DNA of 64,000 nucleotides from Bugula neritina (taxonomy: Eukaryota; Animalia; Bryozoa), in assembly GCA_964035545.1 (NCBI GenBank), contig OZ037769.1, positions 3,141,729 to 3,205,728 on the forward strand. Direction: 5' to 3'. Both the position numbers and the translations under genes were made by a program. Below the pieces are notes generated by a model, which searched no databases, was not told the origin of the DNA, and saw only the letters and a list, made by a program, of their open reading frames with translations. Below, one piece after another: positions 61,496-64,000 of the stretch. Numbering within the stretch: the first letter of the stretch is position 1; each line of letters opens with the position of its first letter.

Positions 61496-62759
61496 TTTGT
61501 CAAAAATTATTTCAAGAACTAGTCTCTGTTACAAGTTGATGTGAACTGATTTGTAGTTGAAGAAAGAATGATTTTGGTTTGACTGAGTTGAACATTTTAT
61601 ACCATCAAGTTTTGAATACAAGTCATTTTGGCCTTTCCTTTGCAGGTTTTCACGTTGAGAATTCCCAACTTATTCATTTATCTGAGTAATTAATAGTAAC
61701 CACTGCTATATCTTTCACCCATTATACTATATATATAATTTGACTATACAAATGTACTAGTTGGAAATTCCCGTTGTGAACAAGTTAACTTGTTACATTG
61801 TGCAATAGGATGCAAGCTCTCTGTGGGTTAGTTAGCAGAATGGCGTGTATAGTTTGTATATTGAGTTTTATCACAAATTTCAAGAGATAAGATATTAAGG
61901 AAGTTCTTGGTCTCACCTTTGTTGGTTTTTTACCTGTACATGTAACTGTATGCAGTATGAGTAATATACCATATATAACTGGGTATTCTCATAATGTACT
62001 TTTTCAAGCAGTATAATGCTAGTTTCTCCAAGTACCACCAGTTTCTCTTTGTGCACGTTTTTAACTTGGAATTTTCACTTTGAACATTTGAATCTGTAAC
62101 TCCATGACATAGAGCTTTTCTTGTTTGTCAATCATTTTATTTATTTCCGTTCAAACAATAAAAGCAACTTTATTCAATCCAATACAAATACTGACAAAAT
62201 CAAGCATTGCAAACTTTAAAGCAAGCTAACACAAATTTTCTGGTTTGACCAAATTAGCTGGCTGCACAAATTATAAGGCTCTCTATTTCATATTGTATGT
62301 TGATTCTTGTGAACAAATTTTTAGTCCAGTCAAACTCTATTTTTATCTTCTTAGAATTATCAGATCTTTTCAGGAAGAAGAGTTTTCCTTAGAATTCTAT
62401 ATGGTAAAGAATTGATATCAGTATCAGCTAAAGTTCTTGTCAATAAGTTACAGAAAGAGTCAATTATATTTTAACCTCTGCTTTTAACTTGCAATAAAAA
62501 TTTATTCTGTGCAATAATGTGAATAAAGAATATAAGTGCACTACATTAAGCCACCTACTTAATGAAGACAGTTCTATGATCTGTAATCACTGCACACAGA
62601 AAGCATACATTATACACTATTATTGCGATAGTTTGGCTAGCAATAGTTCAGCTTGAATATCATTAGTAGTGTGGTCACGTGATTCGGGTATCGCTACTGA
62701 CTAATAGGGGAATTCCCATGCCTGTATTGACCAGGTAATAATACAATTAGTTATCTTTT

Positions 62760-63600
62760 TATTCCTGAGTATCCGATAGGCAATCCATGAAGGGACTTTA
62801 CCTTGAAGGTATTGCTTTGTAAACGAAGCTGTACTGTCTAACACGTGTACTCTGTCTCTCAACCTATAGATATACTCATTGTATGGGCTTTTACTATAAA
62901 GAATAGTGAGTTGGGAATTTCAACTTTGCACTCTACAGTCTACACATTTACACTAATGAAGATCTCAATGAGGAAATTGTCTAGCAGAAGTCACTCTTAG
63001 TCTAAGTATCTTCAAATATACAGCAGAGAAATTCCCCTAGACTCATCAGTAACTTCAATACATGCAGCTACCTCCATCAAATGTGGCTACGAGTTACTGC
63101 TGAATTATTGGTAAAACATACAGTTTCAGACACAGATGAGTTATAATAATATAAATAACTTTCAATAATAAATTGATACTGCTGTTCGTCAATGGGAATT
63201 CTGAGTTTGGCAAATCTGGGGTAAAATACCGTATCAAGATGTCCTGCTATATTCCAGTCAGTCATCCTTTCTATAGTATTATTTCCTCATACAAAATAAC
63301 AAGATGGGAGTTCCTCACGTTACCAAGTTTGCTGTTGGTTATGAGATACGTACAGTTTCAAAGTGCACTTGGTTTTAGAGCTTTTCTAGAGACTTTTTGC
63401 CTGTTTGTTGTATACTTTCTGCTTTTCGCAATCCTTTCCTCAATTTGTTCTCCATATTCACCGCATTCTAACCCATGGGTGTCTAACCTTTTCAGAACCC
63501 AGGCCACTAATAGGGAATATACTGGCGGCCACAGCCACATTGTAAACTTCAGCTTGGGCTGGAGGCCACAGTATCAGTATTCTTCATATTACTTTATCTC
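62760..63600 (-). mobile_element. Probable highly decayed RTE-like LINE ORF2 remnant
   Basis: Frameshifted fragments occur in the expected order: PPVYSLLVAWVLKR (cf. SPLLFNxxxDWVMR), FAKLRI, YNSSVSET, YLKILRL, RLRDRVHVLD...KQYLQGKV (cf. RLRWxGHVLR...LxGKV). Many stops; no clean splice model. Confidence 0.4.
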
Positions 63601-63719
63601 GGCTTTCTATGAACATTACGCAATGAAGTCCCAATAATTACTTCAGGTTGCATACTTTGTAGCAAGTATATAAATCATTTAAAAGGTGGCTTTTCACTCT
63701 AATTCATATATGTGTGCAT

Positions 63720-63742
63720 AGAGAGAGAGGGAGAGAGGGAGA

Positions 63743-63834
<92 letters not shown>

Positions 63835-63924
63835 AGGGGAGAGGAGGGGAGAGGGGGAGAGGGGGAGAGGGAGAGGAGGGAGAGAGGGGGAGAGGGAGAG
63901 AGGGAGAGAGGGGGGAGAGGGAGA

Positions 63925-63990
<66 letters not shown>

Positions 63991-64000
63991 AAGGGGGAGA
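63720..64000. repeat. (GA)n / G-rich polypurine tract running off the window end
   Basis: About 280 nt of purines only. Confidence 0.97.

Noticed and set aside
63173-63637. 154-aa plus-strand ORF
   Set aside because: Non-ATG start and no recognisable motif; it lies antisense to the probable decayed LINE.

Overview
AT-rich, gene-dense genomic DNA from an invertebrate animal, with many short GT-AG introns; the species cannot be determined from the sequence. Manual splicing gives 11 protein-coding genes. In order: bleomycin hydrolase (5'-partial, +), two tandem copine paralogs (-), LSm6 (+), a small emerin-like LEM/transmembrane protein (+), the 25-aa ribosomal protein eL41 (+, invisible in the ORF track), beta-TrCP/FBXW11 (-), NIFK/Nop15 (+), an intronless polyprenol reductase SRD5A3 (-), SLC25A39/40 (+), and an unannotated 241-aa secreted protein (-). 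Mobile DNA comprises a young 5'-truncated LINE with target-site duplication and a fold-back 5' end, tRNA-derived SINE copies, and a probable decayed RTE-like LINE, plus many micro- and minisatellites. The best candidate for novelty is the secreted protein, whose residue pattern and intron phases resemble an IL-1/FGF-type beta-trefoil. Other highlights: tandem duplications that copy splice sites (one in frame in the beta-TrCP F-box/WD40 linker), patchwork gene conversion and a paralog-specific intron in the copines, twin hairpins in the rpl41 intron, and 6-bp-periodic low-complexity tracts near gene 5' ends. All homology calls are from recalled family motifs, not database searches.
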